Assembly: GCA_003971905.1 (NCBI GenBank)
Contig: RSEE01000046.1
Span: 434,001 to 498,000 of the forward strand
Direction: 5' to 3'
Source: Moniliella sp. 'wahieum'
Taxonomy: Eukaryota
Length of the DNA: 64,000 nt
Shown piece by piece: positions 34,794 to 46,535 of this stretch (positions within the stretch are counted from its first letter, which is position 1; each line of letters opens with the position of its first letter). The position numbers were made by a program, and so were the translations under genes. The notes under the pieces were generated by a model. That model had not been told where the DNA came from. It worked only from the letters and a program-made list of their open reading frames with translations, and ran no database searches.

Positions 34794-35972
34794 TTAAGTT
34801 GCAGTAGGCCAGTCAGTGTAGCCCTTCGCCGACGAGTCGTACCACGTCTCCTTGGGCGCCACGGGAGCCCATTCCTTGCCCTCCTTGATGCGCTCAACCA
34901 AGTCCGGGTTGGAGATGTAGTACCGACCCCACGCAATGGCGTCAGCGACGCCCGTGTCAACAGCCTGCTTAGCCGTCTCGGCAGTGAACGATTCGTTCAA
35001 CACCACAGGGCCTTGGAACGCCTTGCGCATCAGGTCATGGATGGGGGGCTGCCCCATGTCGCCCTTGTGTTCACCAGTGAACTGGTCCCAGAAGGCATTC
35101 TTGTCCTTCGTCTCACGCAGCTCGATCCAAGCAGTCCCCGCCTCCCGAGCGGCCGCGGCAGCAAGCGGGTACGTCGTTTCATACTGGTCGTCAATCGCGC
35201 CCTGCGAGTCTCCGTTGGGAGAGAAACGCGTGCCAACCTTGTCTCCGCCAATGGCAGCAGCGACAGCATTGACCACTTCACTGTAAAACCGCACCCGCTT
35301 CTCCGGGCTTCCACCGTAGTCGTCGGTACGGTGGTTAGTAGAGCTGCACAAGAATTGGTCGATCAAGTAGCCTACACAGAAGACATGGTCAGTCAAGTGC
35401 TTAGTCAAATGAAGATCATAGCGATGTCTCCGGCACGTACCGTTGGCACCATGGATCTGCACGCCATCAAATCCAGCTTCAATCGCGTTCTTGGCGGCCT
35501 GAGCGTAGTCCCTGACCGTAGCGGCGATCTCAGGAACAGTCAACGGCCGAGCTTGCTCTGGATCAGCAAAGCCGGTTTGAGTAAAGACCTTCAACGACGG
35601 CGTAGTGGCCGAAGAAGAGACAGGTGTCTGTCCTCCGAGGAGCGAGGAGTGCGACATCCGGCCTCCGTGCCAAAGCTGACAAACAATCTTACCCCCCTTT
35701 TGGTGGACAATGGAGGTAATGGGCTTCCACGCGGTGATCTGCTCCTGCGTCCAAATCCCAGGGATGTTGGGGTTAGGCACACCGATTGGGCTGATGGCTG
35801 TTCCCTCGCTGATGATCAAGCCGGCCGTGGCACGCTGACCATAGTACTCCCCCATCACAGGGGTCGGAACATGGGTTTCCGTCGCCCGGGTCCGAGTGAG
35901 CGGTGCAAGAAAGATACGGTTGGACACCGTAATACTTCCAAGCTTGAGCGGGGTAAAGAGTTTGTTGGACAT
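34794..35972 (-). CDS. Old yellow enzyme / FMN-dependent alkene reductase
   Basis: NRIFLAPLTRTRA, YYGQRATAGLIISEGT, QLWHGGR, AGFDGVQIHGANG|YLIDQFL (69-nt intron 35372-35440), RTDDYGGS, NPDLVER, GYTDWP. TATTTAAA lies ~80 bp upstream. Confidence 0.96.
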   Translation of the reverse strand: MSNKLFTPLKLGSITVSNRIFLAPLTRTRATETHVPTPVMGEYYGQRATAGLIISEGTAISPIGVPNPNIPGIWTQEQITAWKPITSIVHQKGGKIVCQLWHGGRMSHSSLLGGQTPVSSSATTPSLKVFTQTGFADPEQARPLTVPEIAATVRDYAQAAKNAIEAGFDGVQIHGANGTCRRHRYDLHLTKHLTDHVFCVGYLIDQFLCSSTNHRTDDYGGSPEKRVRFYSEVVNAVAAAIGGDKVGTRFSPNGDSQGAIDDQYETTYPLAAAAAREAGTAWIELRETKDKNAFWDQFTGEHKGDMGQPPIHDLMRKAFQGPVVLNESFTAETAKQAVDTGVADAIAWGRYYISNPDLVERIKEGKEWAPVAPKETWYDSSAKGYTDWPTAT

Positions 35973-37374
35973 GTAGAAAGTAGTTGTCACTAGAGGTGGG
36001 AGAAGATGCGAGATGTGTGGTGTGATGAGCTGAAAGAAACACAGAGGCCTTTAAATACTTTTCGGTATGGCTTGTGAGGCCTGAGGCTCCTTCACAGCGT
36101 AACAGCGTCACGTTGTTCGTGCCTGGGCCGGGTACCACTGTCCGTGCGGCTTTGACCTCACAGGCTGCCACCCAGCATTGCTGAGGACGTGAGAAGACGG
36201 CATCCTGAGGGCCTGTTGACCGCCGAAGGGAGCGGGCAACAGGGTGGGTTACGATTGTATTGCGGTCATCATACATCAATGATGTCAATGGTGCGTGATC
36301 GACGATCCAATTGTTACGCGAGTAACTGGCAAAGTATAATGTGACCGGAGTTAGCGCAGTTGGTTGCCTCTGTTTCAGCCTGCTTCAGCCCACGTCACAC
36401 GTCACACATCGTGATGCACATCGCCACAAGCCCACGTCGGAGCCGAAAGTTCTACGCCGCCAGTGTAGGCTGCCCCAGTGCTGCTACAGGTTGTCCCCAG
36501 CTTGGTGGACCAAGCGTTCCTCTGACCCACTGCTACGTCCTTGGCTTATGTTGCATTGTTGGCAGGGGTTATTCAAGTGAGGAGTCGAAGAAGGTCGTAG
36601 ATGTATCTACTGGGTCGGCGACAAGCTGTTTTATCGCCGATCATTTGACCGAACTGGCCCGGTTTGACCGATGGCTCCGTCACCGACAGCACCGCGAATC
36701 ACGCGTCAGCGACTTCTGCTACGCTCTCGTCTGTGAGACAGAGGTCGGCCACCGCCCATCTCGCGGTGAAGTTGACTTGAGAAGAGTTTCAACCTTCAAG
36801 TGAAAAGCATATGAGGTGGATCCACAGTCCCATATGCTTAACGATGCCGCGAAGCATGAAGCTTGGCGCTTGAATCTTGAAGCCCGAGCTTGTTATGCTA
36901 ATTGAAGCTTGGGGAGAGATTGAGGGCTAGTAAAAGACTAATTACTAAAGTGGGCCTACTCAGGCCCGCATTCCCTCAGCAACAAGAAAAGGATTTTAAG
37001 CCCGAATCATCAGCAGCGATTACATAGAGCGTTCGGACTATTACGGGTGGCGGCTGCTACGGCCTGTTACGACCGCCGGACACATTTGCGCGAATAACGG
37101 ACTCAACATGCTCTTGTGCGCGGCGGCCCCTTTCCGCCTCTGGTCCGCCCTTCTTGTTACACCTCCACGATGCCCCCCCTCATCGCATCCCCAACACTTC
37201 TGCCTCTGCCTTGCTGGCCTCCCACAATATTAAAAACGTTTTCAATTGACCTAACGGATCCATTCTACTCGTCAAAAAGCGCGTTAGGCTAATAAATGTA
37301 TGCTCTTGTCTCGCGGTAGCTGCGGCTCGAGTCGCCTGCGGCTGTTTCTTCTGTGGTATCTCTCCCACATGTCA

Positions 37375-37460
37375 CAGCATCTTCCCATGTCATCTTCCGA
37401 TATATCAATGCCGTATCAAATTGCCATCTTCCGATATCAATGTCATCTTCTGATATCATC
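37375..37460 (+). repeat. Short imperfect direct repeats (CATCTTCCGATATCAATG-like) x3-4
   Basis: Read directly; lies upstream of the Helitron-like end B. Confidence 0.65.
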
Positions 37461-37849
37461 GAGAGCATCTATTATCTCTATGTTGTGTGCATTCCATTGA
37501 CAGAGCTTAAGGATGGGACAGGGGGAACGCTACGTCTAAACCGAACCGTTCATCTTGCGGGGGTTGTTTGGAAGCGCCACTAAGGTCAAGGAACCAGGGG
37601 GATTGCCAGGATATCAGGACCCTCCGGCTCTCGCCATCCGGTCCCGTACCCTAGGAAGCGCGTGTGGACACGGAGGAACGTGGTTGACATACGAGCGAGG
37701 AACCATTTCCACTGAGACTTAGTAGCCAACTCCTTCCAATGCGCAAACAACTTGCCCGCCGTCTTGGTGCCGTAGTATCCTCGCGTCGAAACCAGGGGGA
37801 AAAATAAGATCGGCTGGGAAATCCTGCACACTTTTACGTCATAGGCACG

Positions 37850-38072
37850 TGCCGACCGGTGCCACGTTCCCAGCCACCCGCAGCCAGAGAATCGGTGATA
37901 TTATTTGCCCTCTCCAGCGTGGAACGGTAGCGACGGTGGAACGGTGGCTAAGGTGGCGAAGGGGACCGGTGGCTAAGGTGGCGAAGGGGGAACGGTGGCT
38001 AAGGTGGCGACGCAGCACCAAGCTGGGGCGAAGCCCCAGCCGACCGGGCCGTAGGCCCGGTGGTCCTCCTCG
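37850..38072 (+). mobile_element. Putative Helitron-like 3' end, copy B
   Basis: Three subterminal CGGTGGCTAAGGTGGCGA repeats, hairpins GCTGGGGC-GAA-GCCCCAGC and ACCGGGCC-GTA-GGCCCGGT, then GGTCCTC-CTCG|T. Confidence 0.55.
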
Positions 38073-40381
38073 TATATACATCCTCTCAGCCATATCCTCA
38101 GGCAACAATTATTATGAACCCTATCACCCGGTTGAGTGGCTTAGCTTGATGTTGCATCATGCCACTCCCTACGCCGTCGCTTCGGCTCCGATGAGGTATT
38201 ATAACAGGGTATAGAGCAGAAGATAGTGTCATGAGTGACGACGGGGGGCCGAGCCCGACCGAGTCCGGCCGAACTCTTCCCCTCCCTTTGGCAGTACCGC
38301 CTAAGAAAAGATGGTGCAGGTGGATCTTGTTTGGTGAACCCCGCAACACAGCTCCTGTCCACTTTCCGTCCTTCTCGTTGATATATTATCGACTACCGTC
38401 GTCAACCGCAACGCACTCAAGAATAACAGTATTGCACTTTTGGGGTATCAACGGTTTCGTTCTCTGTTTCCAACCCTCTGACACCTGTGAAGAACATATC
38501 TTTTACCAACCGCCAATGGATGACAGGTTGCCTAGCGACCAACGACCGACAAGGGTGTGGTGATATGGAGGTATTGTATCGGTAACAATTGTCGAAAAGA
38601 GGCCAGGTGGCATCCGCTTTTCCTATGCCTTTCATTCGCTTTCCCTTCCCCTCTCATATCTCATCTCTATCCTTGGTCTGCAATGTAGGGCAGTTGCCAA
38701 GTATATGATTCCATTAGACACCGTATGGCATGCAAGGCTGAGGTGTGGACGAGGGAAGAGAGCCTCTACGAATCAACCGTAAAAAAGAAGAATGTTGGCT
38801 ATGATGGTGTAGCTCTCACCAGCAGGCCAGAGAGTATATAAGGGTTAGCATGACACTGTTGTGAGAGATTGGCGAAAACACAGACGGTAGGCGACTGACG
38901 AAGACGGGGACTGGTTCCGACAGACCACTTTCGCCCTTTCTCTCTTCGAGCTTTAAGCTTCATCGATCATCGATCAACCACATGTCTTCATCGATCATCT
39001 GCCTACGTTTGCATCTGCACAAATGGCGGAGTTTTTACTGCCACCTCGTCTGTTGGTTGAGGTGACCTTTGAGGTGACCTTTCCGGGAGGCCTGAGTAGG
39101 TTGCAGTTTTGATCTGAACTCGAACGTTGCTGTTTCACCATAACGGACGTCTGAAATTCGGAAAGCGGAAGCGGAAAGCGGAAAGCGGAACGTTGAACAT
39201 CGAACGTTGAACCGCGGCTACGTCACGGTGACGTATGCACGCGGGATATACTAGAGTACACTCCCTCTCATATCCCGCTCTCCCGCAAAAGGGGTGTCTG
39301 GGGCCCCTGTCAGGTAGCCGAGGTCTGCCACTGCCATAGAGCTGTGAAGTCCTCTTGGGCCTGCTAGGCCCCTTTTCGCCTTGGCGGCACCCGCACCACA
39401 GCAGACCAAGCCCTCTGCTGGCCAATGCCCGCCCAGGATCTGGAGTGCTAGTGGCGTGCGAGATACCTGATGGGGGTGGTCTTCCGGTGACTCTAGGTCG
39501 GGCAGAGCTTATCTAATGGACAGAGCACCCTTGATACCTCGGTGCTGTTCTGAGGCGCTCGCAAAATATGTGGGCAAAAAAAGACGCACCAATTCATTGC
39601 CCCCGCCGATCTGCCCGCGTGGGAGCACACTGAAGTACTGGCTAAATCAAGTGAGTAGTGCGACACCGACCTGGTTAGGTTTGGAGGCACGCTGGGTCCC
39701 TCTCGCCGCTGCCAGACGGAGGGGGACGCTGGAGACGTGCGTCTCCCAGGATGGACACCACGTGCTGGAGACCGTCTGGCCCCTCCTGTGCATCACCGCC
39801 CTCAGCGAGCTCAGTACGTTTACAGTGCTCAACGCCAGATACTCAGCTCGATCAGATGTCAGATCTCAGATCGGAGCGCTGGGCGTGTGATATTGATACG
39901 CGCCCAGCCTCAGCGCCTCAGCAGAGCCTCTGCCTTCCGAATGAGGCCGGAGGGCCTCAGCGCCTGTGAACGTGAGCCTGTGAACGCATGTGCATGTGAG
40001 CCCTCTGGCCTCTCGCGCCACATGCGTCATGCTGGGGTGTGTGCACACGCGTAGTGACCGCCTTCGCGACTCTCGCGGCGCCTTGTTGGTTCGCACCCGA
40101 GGGCTCCTACTGTAGCTACGATAGCGACAGGCCGCGCCCGCTAGGCTGTAGAACAGGCCAGACCATAGGCTAGGCCAGTGGTGGCTGGACAACCCCTCGC
40201 TCAGCCGCACCATCCGTCTCTTTGTTCCGTCCGCATCGCCAGCATCGCATCAGCGACCCTTGCATCCTAGCACCGCACCAGCCCGTCGATTAGAGCCCAC
40301 ACGCGACCCGGCGTTCGCTTATGCTCACCATCTCCATCTCCACCTCCATCTCATTCTCCCTCGCCCCTCTCCTTCCCCCTC

Positions 40382-43300
40382 ATGTCTGCCCCCGACGGTG
40401 TTTGCTCCTTCCTGCGCCGCCTCCCGCAGCGGGGTCCTACGACCTCTCTGGGTGACCATATCGCGACCTACGTTACCGATGGCGCTCAGGGGGTCCGCTC
40501 GTTGCTGCACTGTCTTGCCGATGGTCCTCGCCCAGCGCTTTGGTCCTCCGACCTCGACCGCCCGCCATTGGATCATGCGACAGCACGCCATATCATCTCC
40601 TCCTTTCGCCTGCCCTCCAGTACCCGTACCTTGAACCGGCCCTTGCGCTCGGGCGACCGTGTGGTCGTTGCCCTGCCCACGGGCCCAGAAAACGCTTTGG
40701 TCTTGATGGCCATCGCAGCCTACTACACTCGCCGCCCCCGTCAACGCTGCTTGCACTGCCGAAGAAATCCGTGACGATGCACATCGCCTCTCTGCCCGGG
40801 CTATCGTCACCACGCGCGAAGCAGTTGGGCGCCTCGACCTCGCCGCTCGCTATGCCGAGGGGATTGAAATCGTTTTCGTCAATTTCCGACACGCCGGGCC
40901 AGCGGGTCTGTTCGACCTTGCTGTCCTTGACCAGGGCCATATTGTTGCCGCGCCGTCTGATCGTCACTCTGACCCACTGCGACCAAATGGCTTAAGCGAC
41001 CAGGCCTTGGTACTCCACACCTCTGGCACATCCGGCACCAAAAAAGTAGTCCCTTATACGCTCCGGCATCTTATTGTCGGCACCTGCTGTGTCGTTGAAT
41101 CATGGAAGCTCACTCCTGATTCGGTCAACAGTACGTCCTTTTCGCTGTCTTCATATCGTGTTGGCCTTTCCGAGATTCTAACCCCGTTCCTTGTTGGCAC
41201 TGGTAGTGAACATGATGCCACTCTTCCATGTCGGCGGCATCGTGCGCAACTTGTGGGCCCCCTTCTTCTCTGGCGGAAGCTCCATCATGTGCGCGGGATT
41301 TGACCCTTCAAGTTGGTGGACCATCGCTCGACGCTTGGGTGCTACGTGGTACTACGCGGCACCTACCATGCACCATGCCATCCTGTCGACCAAGCCCACG
41401 GGAATCAATCCAGCGCGGGATCTCAAGATCAATATGATTGGGAATGCTGCTGGCGGCCTGTTACCGTCCTGGCGGCACAAATGCGTCAAACGTTTCATTG
41501 TGCGGTGCTCCCTTCTTATGGCATGACCGAATGGTACGTCTTTTGGCCCTTCTATCTCTCTAACACACTTTTGATGCAAGCTGACTCTCGGTCTGCCGTG
41601 AATGTGGTTCAGTATGCCCATTGCCTCCCCACCCACATCGTACCGTCTGGATCGGCCTGGCTGCTCAGGTCTGGCGTGCGGCCCTGACATGGCCATCCGT
41701 GACCCATCCAATCTGGAGCGCGTCATGCCCATTGGTGCGACAGGAGCCGTCTGCGTACGCGGGCTTCCCACTTTTGATGGGTATGAACTGCCGGACGGCA
41801 CGCTAGACACTTCCTGCTTTACTTCAGGTGGCTGGTTTGACTCGGGGGACATGGGCCACATGGACCCGGACGGCTTCCTCTTCATTACAGGCCGCTCCAA
41901 AGAGATCATCAACAAGGGTGGTGAAGTTATATCCCCGTTGGAGATTGAGGAGGCCATTATGGCCCACCTCAAGGACAGGGTTAAAGCTACCCTGGCCTTC
42001 TCCATCGACCACACTGTGCTTCAGGAAACGATTGGGGTGGTGATTGTGCCTCAACCCGACTTGCCTCGAATTGGCCTGCTGGACTTACAAAACAGATTGC
42101 GGGATGTGCTCCATCCGTCCAAATGGCCCTTTGCGCTGGTCTACATGGACGATCTTCCCAAAAACCAAGCGGGCAAAGCGTTGCGCATCAAGCTCAGCCA
42201 CCGTCTCAATCTGGGACCAATGACCGACGATACGCCCTTATCGGAGCGGCACTGGGAAGCTCAGGTACCAGACCCTAATGCCCCTCTCACCGCCCCCATC
42301 CCTTGCAGGAAAGTGGCCATGGACTTGAGAGTGATTGCAGAGGCGTGCCACCGCATCCCCGGTGTACACGAGGCTGCGCTTCGTCTCTGTCCCGATGGAT
42401 CTCCTGAAGCTTTTCTTTATCTCGCTCAGGCTGTGCCGTACCAGGCGACCGACTTGGACCATGCTCTAACGAAGGTACTGCCGGGGTATCTTGTTCCCAA
42501 TCCGCTCCACGTTTTTCGCCAGCCCTTGGCCCGTACGAAAGATGGCAAGTACGACTTTGAAACGATGGAAGAGGAGGTTCGGTTGGTTAGTGCGGCCGAC
42601 TTGAGTAGGACCGCCCGCATCGTGCGCAACTGTATGGCCCATTTGCTTGCTATGGATCCCGGCGGCCTGACGGCCGAGTCAGACTTTTTCTTGTTGGGCG
42701 GAACCTCGCTTTTACTTGGCCGATTGGTCCATTCGATCAAGAAAGAGACAGGTGCTGTCCTGCAAGTTTCGTCGGTCTTTACCAATTCGACGGTACAAGG
42801 GATTGCCGACTTGGTCGATCAGCAGCTCAGGTCCTACGGCGAGGAGGGTAAGGAGGATGATGAGTATTGGGACGAAGATGTGGGTCTGCTGCGCAGCTCC
42901 GCTCATGCCTACGAAGACGATGGCGATGTTCCCGAGTACCTTTCGAATCACGGGCAAACTGCGCGCAGCCAGACCAACCCCTTTGTCCTCCTTATCCAGT
43001 GGCTTCCTCTTATGACTTTTTACCCTCTCAAAGCTGCATGGACCTGGACGGTGCTCATTCACGGACTCGGATTTTCTGCCTACTACATCAACGACAACTT
43101 TTGGAAGCGGGTTGGGGTGCTGCTCGCGTCCCTCTTTGTCGCTGGCCTCTCCAGTCGCATCCTCTGCCCCATCACGGCAATTGCATTCAAATGGTTTGTC
43201 ATTGGTCGTTATCGGCCCGGCAAGTACCCCATGTGGTGCAACTACCACTTGCGCTGGTGGATTGTCAATCAATCCTTGGACATGGCGGGCAAGGGACTGT

Positions 43301-45379
43301 TTAATCTGACGCCCTGGACGCGACAGTGTTACTATCGTCTGCTTGGTGCTTCGATCGGCAAGGATGTCAAGATCGACAAGTTTGCCAAACTCGCCGAATT
43401 TGACCTACTGACCATCCTTGATGGTGCTCGCATCGATCGTTCCCTCCTCCGTGGCTTTTGCGTCGAGCGCGACTCGTACTTTCGGCTTGAACCCATCATT
43501 GTCGGCCGGCAGTGCATCGTTAACACCTATACCCAGATCAGTCCTGGCGCGTACCTCGCCGATGGCACAGTCTGGGGACCCCAAGCTTCCTCCCATGAAC
43601 AACCCTCACCCGACTCGTTTGCAGCGTACAATAAGGGCGAGGTTTCCCAGCCTCACATGCTCCTCATTCTTCTCCTGGGCTTGCCAATCAAGTATGGCAT
43701 CATGTTCCTCTGCTACGTACCTTGGTTTGCTTCCCTGTTTATGTTGCTCTCTCAGCCTTTCCTCTTTAGCCGTTCCGATTCGGTCAAGGGTGTTGTGGCC
43801 TGGTTTGCTTACGGACGGCGTATCAAGTGGCACTACGTGGCGCGGATTGTGCGTAACTGCCTACCGCCGCTGTCGGAGGTCTTACTTGGCATCGTGGTCA
43901 AACGTCTCTTTCTCGGACTCAACAAAGAAGGTTCGATGCAAAACGCGTCGCAGTGGGTGCTCTTCCGCCGTTGGCTATGCGCCGAATTGTTATCCCAACC
44001 CCAACTCCGGCGTGGGTTTGCTGTTATTGGCACGCACTACGAAATGACCTCGGTCGTCTACCGGGCCATGGGTGCCCAAGTTGGCCGCCGCGTCTACTGG
44101 CCTGGCAGTGGCATCTACTGTCCCGACCCCGAGCTGCTCAGGGTAGGCCATGACGTTGTGTTTGGTTCGCGCTCCGAACTAGTTACTTCGGATTCGCTTG
44201 GATTCGCCCGGATCTCGATTGCGTCCGGTGCGATGGTGGCCGACAGGGTGACGATGATGCCGGAACGACGGTGGACCGGTACGCGGTGATGGGCTCGGGC
44301 GCGCTGACCATGCGAAATAAGTACTATGAACCCTTGTCGGTTTGGATGGGTAATCGGCAAGGCGAGGCCGTTAGCTTTGGCACCTCTCTTCCTCCCCCCA
44401 ACCCAGAGGAGACGATCCGGCCGTTTGGGCGGGCGTTTTATCAGCGGAAGGCGCCCTACTTTGTTATCCCTTATCCCCTTATTGTCTTTATCAATACGTT
44501 CGTCTCGGTGTAAGCACCGTGTATTGGGCCACACCAGCTGCGGCCACCATCCTCATCCTCAACCGATGCCGGAAAGAATGGGACCACAAGGCCCCCGGGC
44601 TTTTCGGACCATTGGTACCGCCCTGCCTTGGTCTATGTCTTCTTTGCACTTTCGTTTATGGTGATTATGACGGTGCAGGCGTTGCTGGCGTTTGCATGGG
44701 TGATTGGGACAAAGTGGCTCCTCATCGGAAGACGGCAGGAAGGGCGATACGATTGGGATCAATCCTCCTACTGCCAGCGCTGGCAATTGCACCTCTCTCT
44801 CCCGCTTGCTTGGTCAAGGATTTGGGGGGCGGTTGTTAGGCTGCATTTCGGGCACGTGGTACGCTGTCACATATCTCCGCCTCCTGGGCGCTGACATTGG
44901 CAAGGACTGCGCCATCTGGGCCGGCGGTCGGCCCAGCTTGCAAATCACTGAGCCGGAACTGGTCACGATCGGCAACCGGGTGGCCATTGACGATGCTTCG
45001 GTGGTTGCTCACCTCAATTCCCGCGGTCGATTTAGCCTCAACAAGTTGAGTATTGGTGATGGTTGTGCCCTTCGCACCGGATCGGCTCCTCTCGGGAGCG
45101 AGTATGGAGCCCCACTCGATCCTGCTCGAACACACTCTCGTGGCATCCGGCGAGATTGCTGAGGCGGGCCAAACCTATGCCGGTTGGCCTGCTCGCCAAT
45201 TGCGTTTCCGTCGTGGTTATAATAGTTCCGTCGAGGAGAAGATGACCGACCCTTCCCCGACTTACCAGTTGCCCTTCGACTCGGCCCACAGCTCTAGCAT
45301 CGTCCTGCCCTCCCCTGTTGTCTTGCCCATCAGCCGATGGGAACGCCAAGGCGCTTCGTCAGCGACACTCAAGCCCTAA
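40382..45379 (+). CDS. Membrane NRPS-like enzyme of Pls/PosA architecture: adenylation domain, carrier domain, three TM-linked acyltransferase-like domains
   Basis: A domain: LHTSGTSGTKK, MPLFHVGG, PSYGMTE|CMP, WFDSGD, ITGRSKEIINKGGE, LPKNQAGK. Carrier: DFFLLGGTSL (~42682-42711). Three repeats: KWFVIGRYRPGKYPMW...RWW...YYRLLGASIG; VYRAMGAQVGRRV...DPELLRVGHDV; KWLLIGRRQEGRYDW...YLRLLGADIG...EPELVTIGNRV...YAGWPA. Introns at 41131-41206 and 41534-41612. Confidence 0.88.
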
Positions 45380-46535
45380 AGAGAAATGACAACCGTGGCA
45401 TTCCCCTCCCCCCCTTTCCGCCGGTTTCATTCTACGACCCTCCGACCCGTTCTTTTCCTCCTACGATCCACAACCGCCTTGTTGGGACATGCGTTAAACT
45501 AGCAGATCTCTGTTGCCGAAGCGGTCGACCATTGGCTTGGAGACGGGTGTTTGTGCTTTTAGCATATGGTTGTATTGACATTAGCGCTGCTCCTCCCTCG
45601 TCCCCCACGTTCCAGTGCCGTTTGCGTCGCCACCTCCTCCCCCACCCTCTCTCATATTCATCTCTCTCTTCCGTTTCTTGATCCGCACCTGTTGTCGCAC
45701 ACGCTTCACGTATTTGCACTTTCATCTGTCGATTATGTATCAGCATTGTTTTTTTTTCTTACATGAATGCTATGGCCCAAACCTGTTTTCCTCACTTTCC
45801 TACTGTGCGCTATCACAGATATAGCAACCCCACTGGTCGTAACACCAACCATCGTGCTCGCAACTATTAATGGTGTGGAGACTACAAAGGACGGTTTAAT
45901 ACTATACCCCGACTGATATGGCAACCGGTGATGGCAACCCGAGGGGAGAAGGGTAGAAGGGTAAAAGCCCAACACATCGATAGGACTCGAGTCGGGAGGA
46001 GTGTGGTGGTGCGGATTGAGGTCGGCAAGTTGGCGGGGGAGAGAGGGAAGACAGCCTGGGTGATCTAGTGGAGCGGAGAGGATCGATAATGAGGTCAACG
46101 CCATGGTCGCTGAAATGCGTCCGCCCTCGTCGCTGCGGGGCGGAGGCGGCAACGGAGGCATTAACACTGGCTGCAGTGGTGGCAGTAGCGGAGGCGGGGA
46201 GGACGGTGGTGTAACGCTCCTGTCGCGTTGGGCAGTGGCTGTGGGACTGTGTGTGGACGTTGGCTTGAATTCTTCTGGACGTTCAGACCAACGCTTGAGG
46301 TGAGTTGCAGACGTTCCCGGCGGCCTCGGCTCAGTTCTTGCTGGACAACCCTCGTTCTAACGACCCTCCCTAAGCTCACCCACATCGTCCACGCACCCCA
46401 CAGAAGATCCACCCACCGTCTCATTTGCATATCGCCTCCTCAACGATTCTTCAGCACCCATTACCCGATCCCGTCCCGAGTTGCTGAATGGCTGTCTTCA
46501 CAAAAGCTGTCGCGTAATAACGGATATGATCCAGG

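Noticed and set aside
34704..35993. 429-aa plus-strand ORF
   Set aside because: Antisense shadow of the OYE gene with no motifs. The same applies to many antisense ORFs in this GC-rich window.
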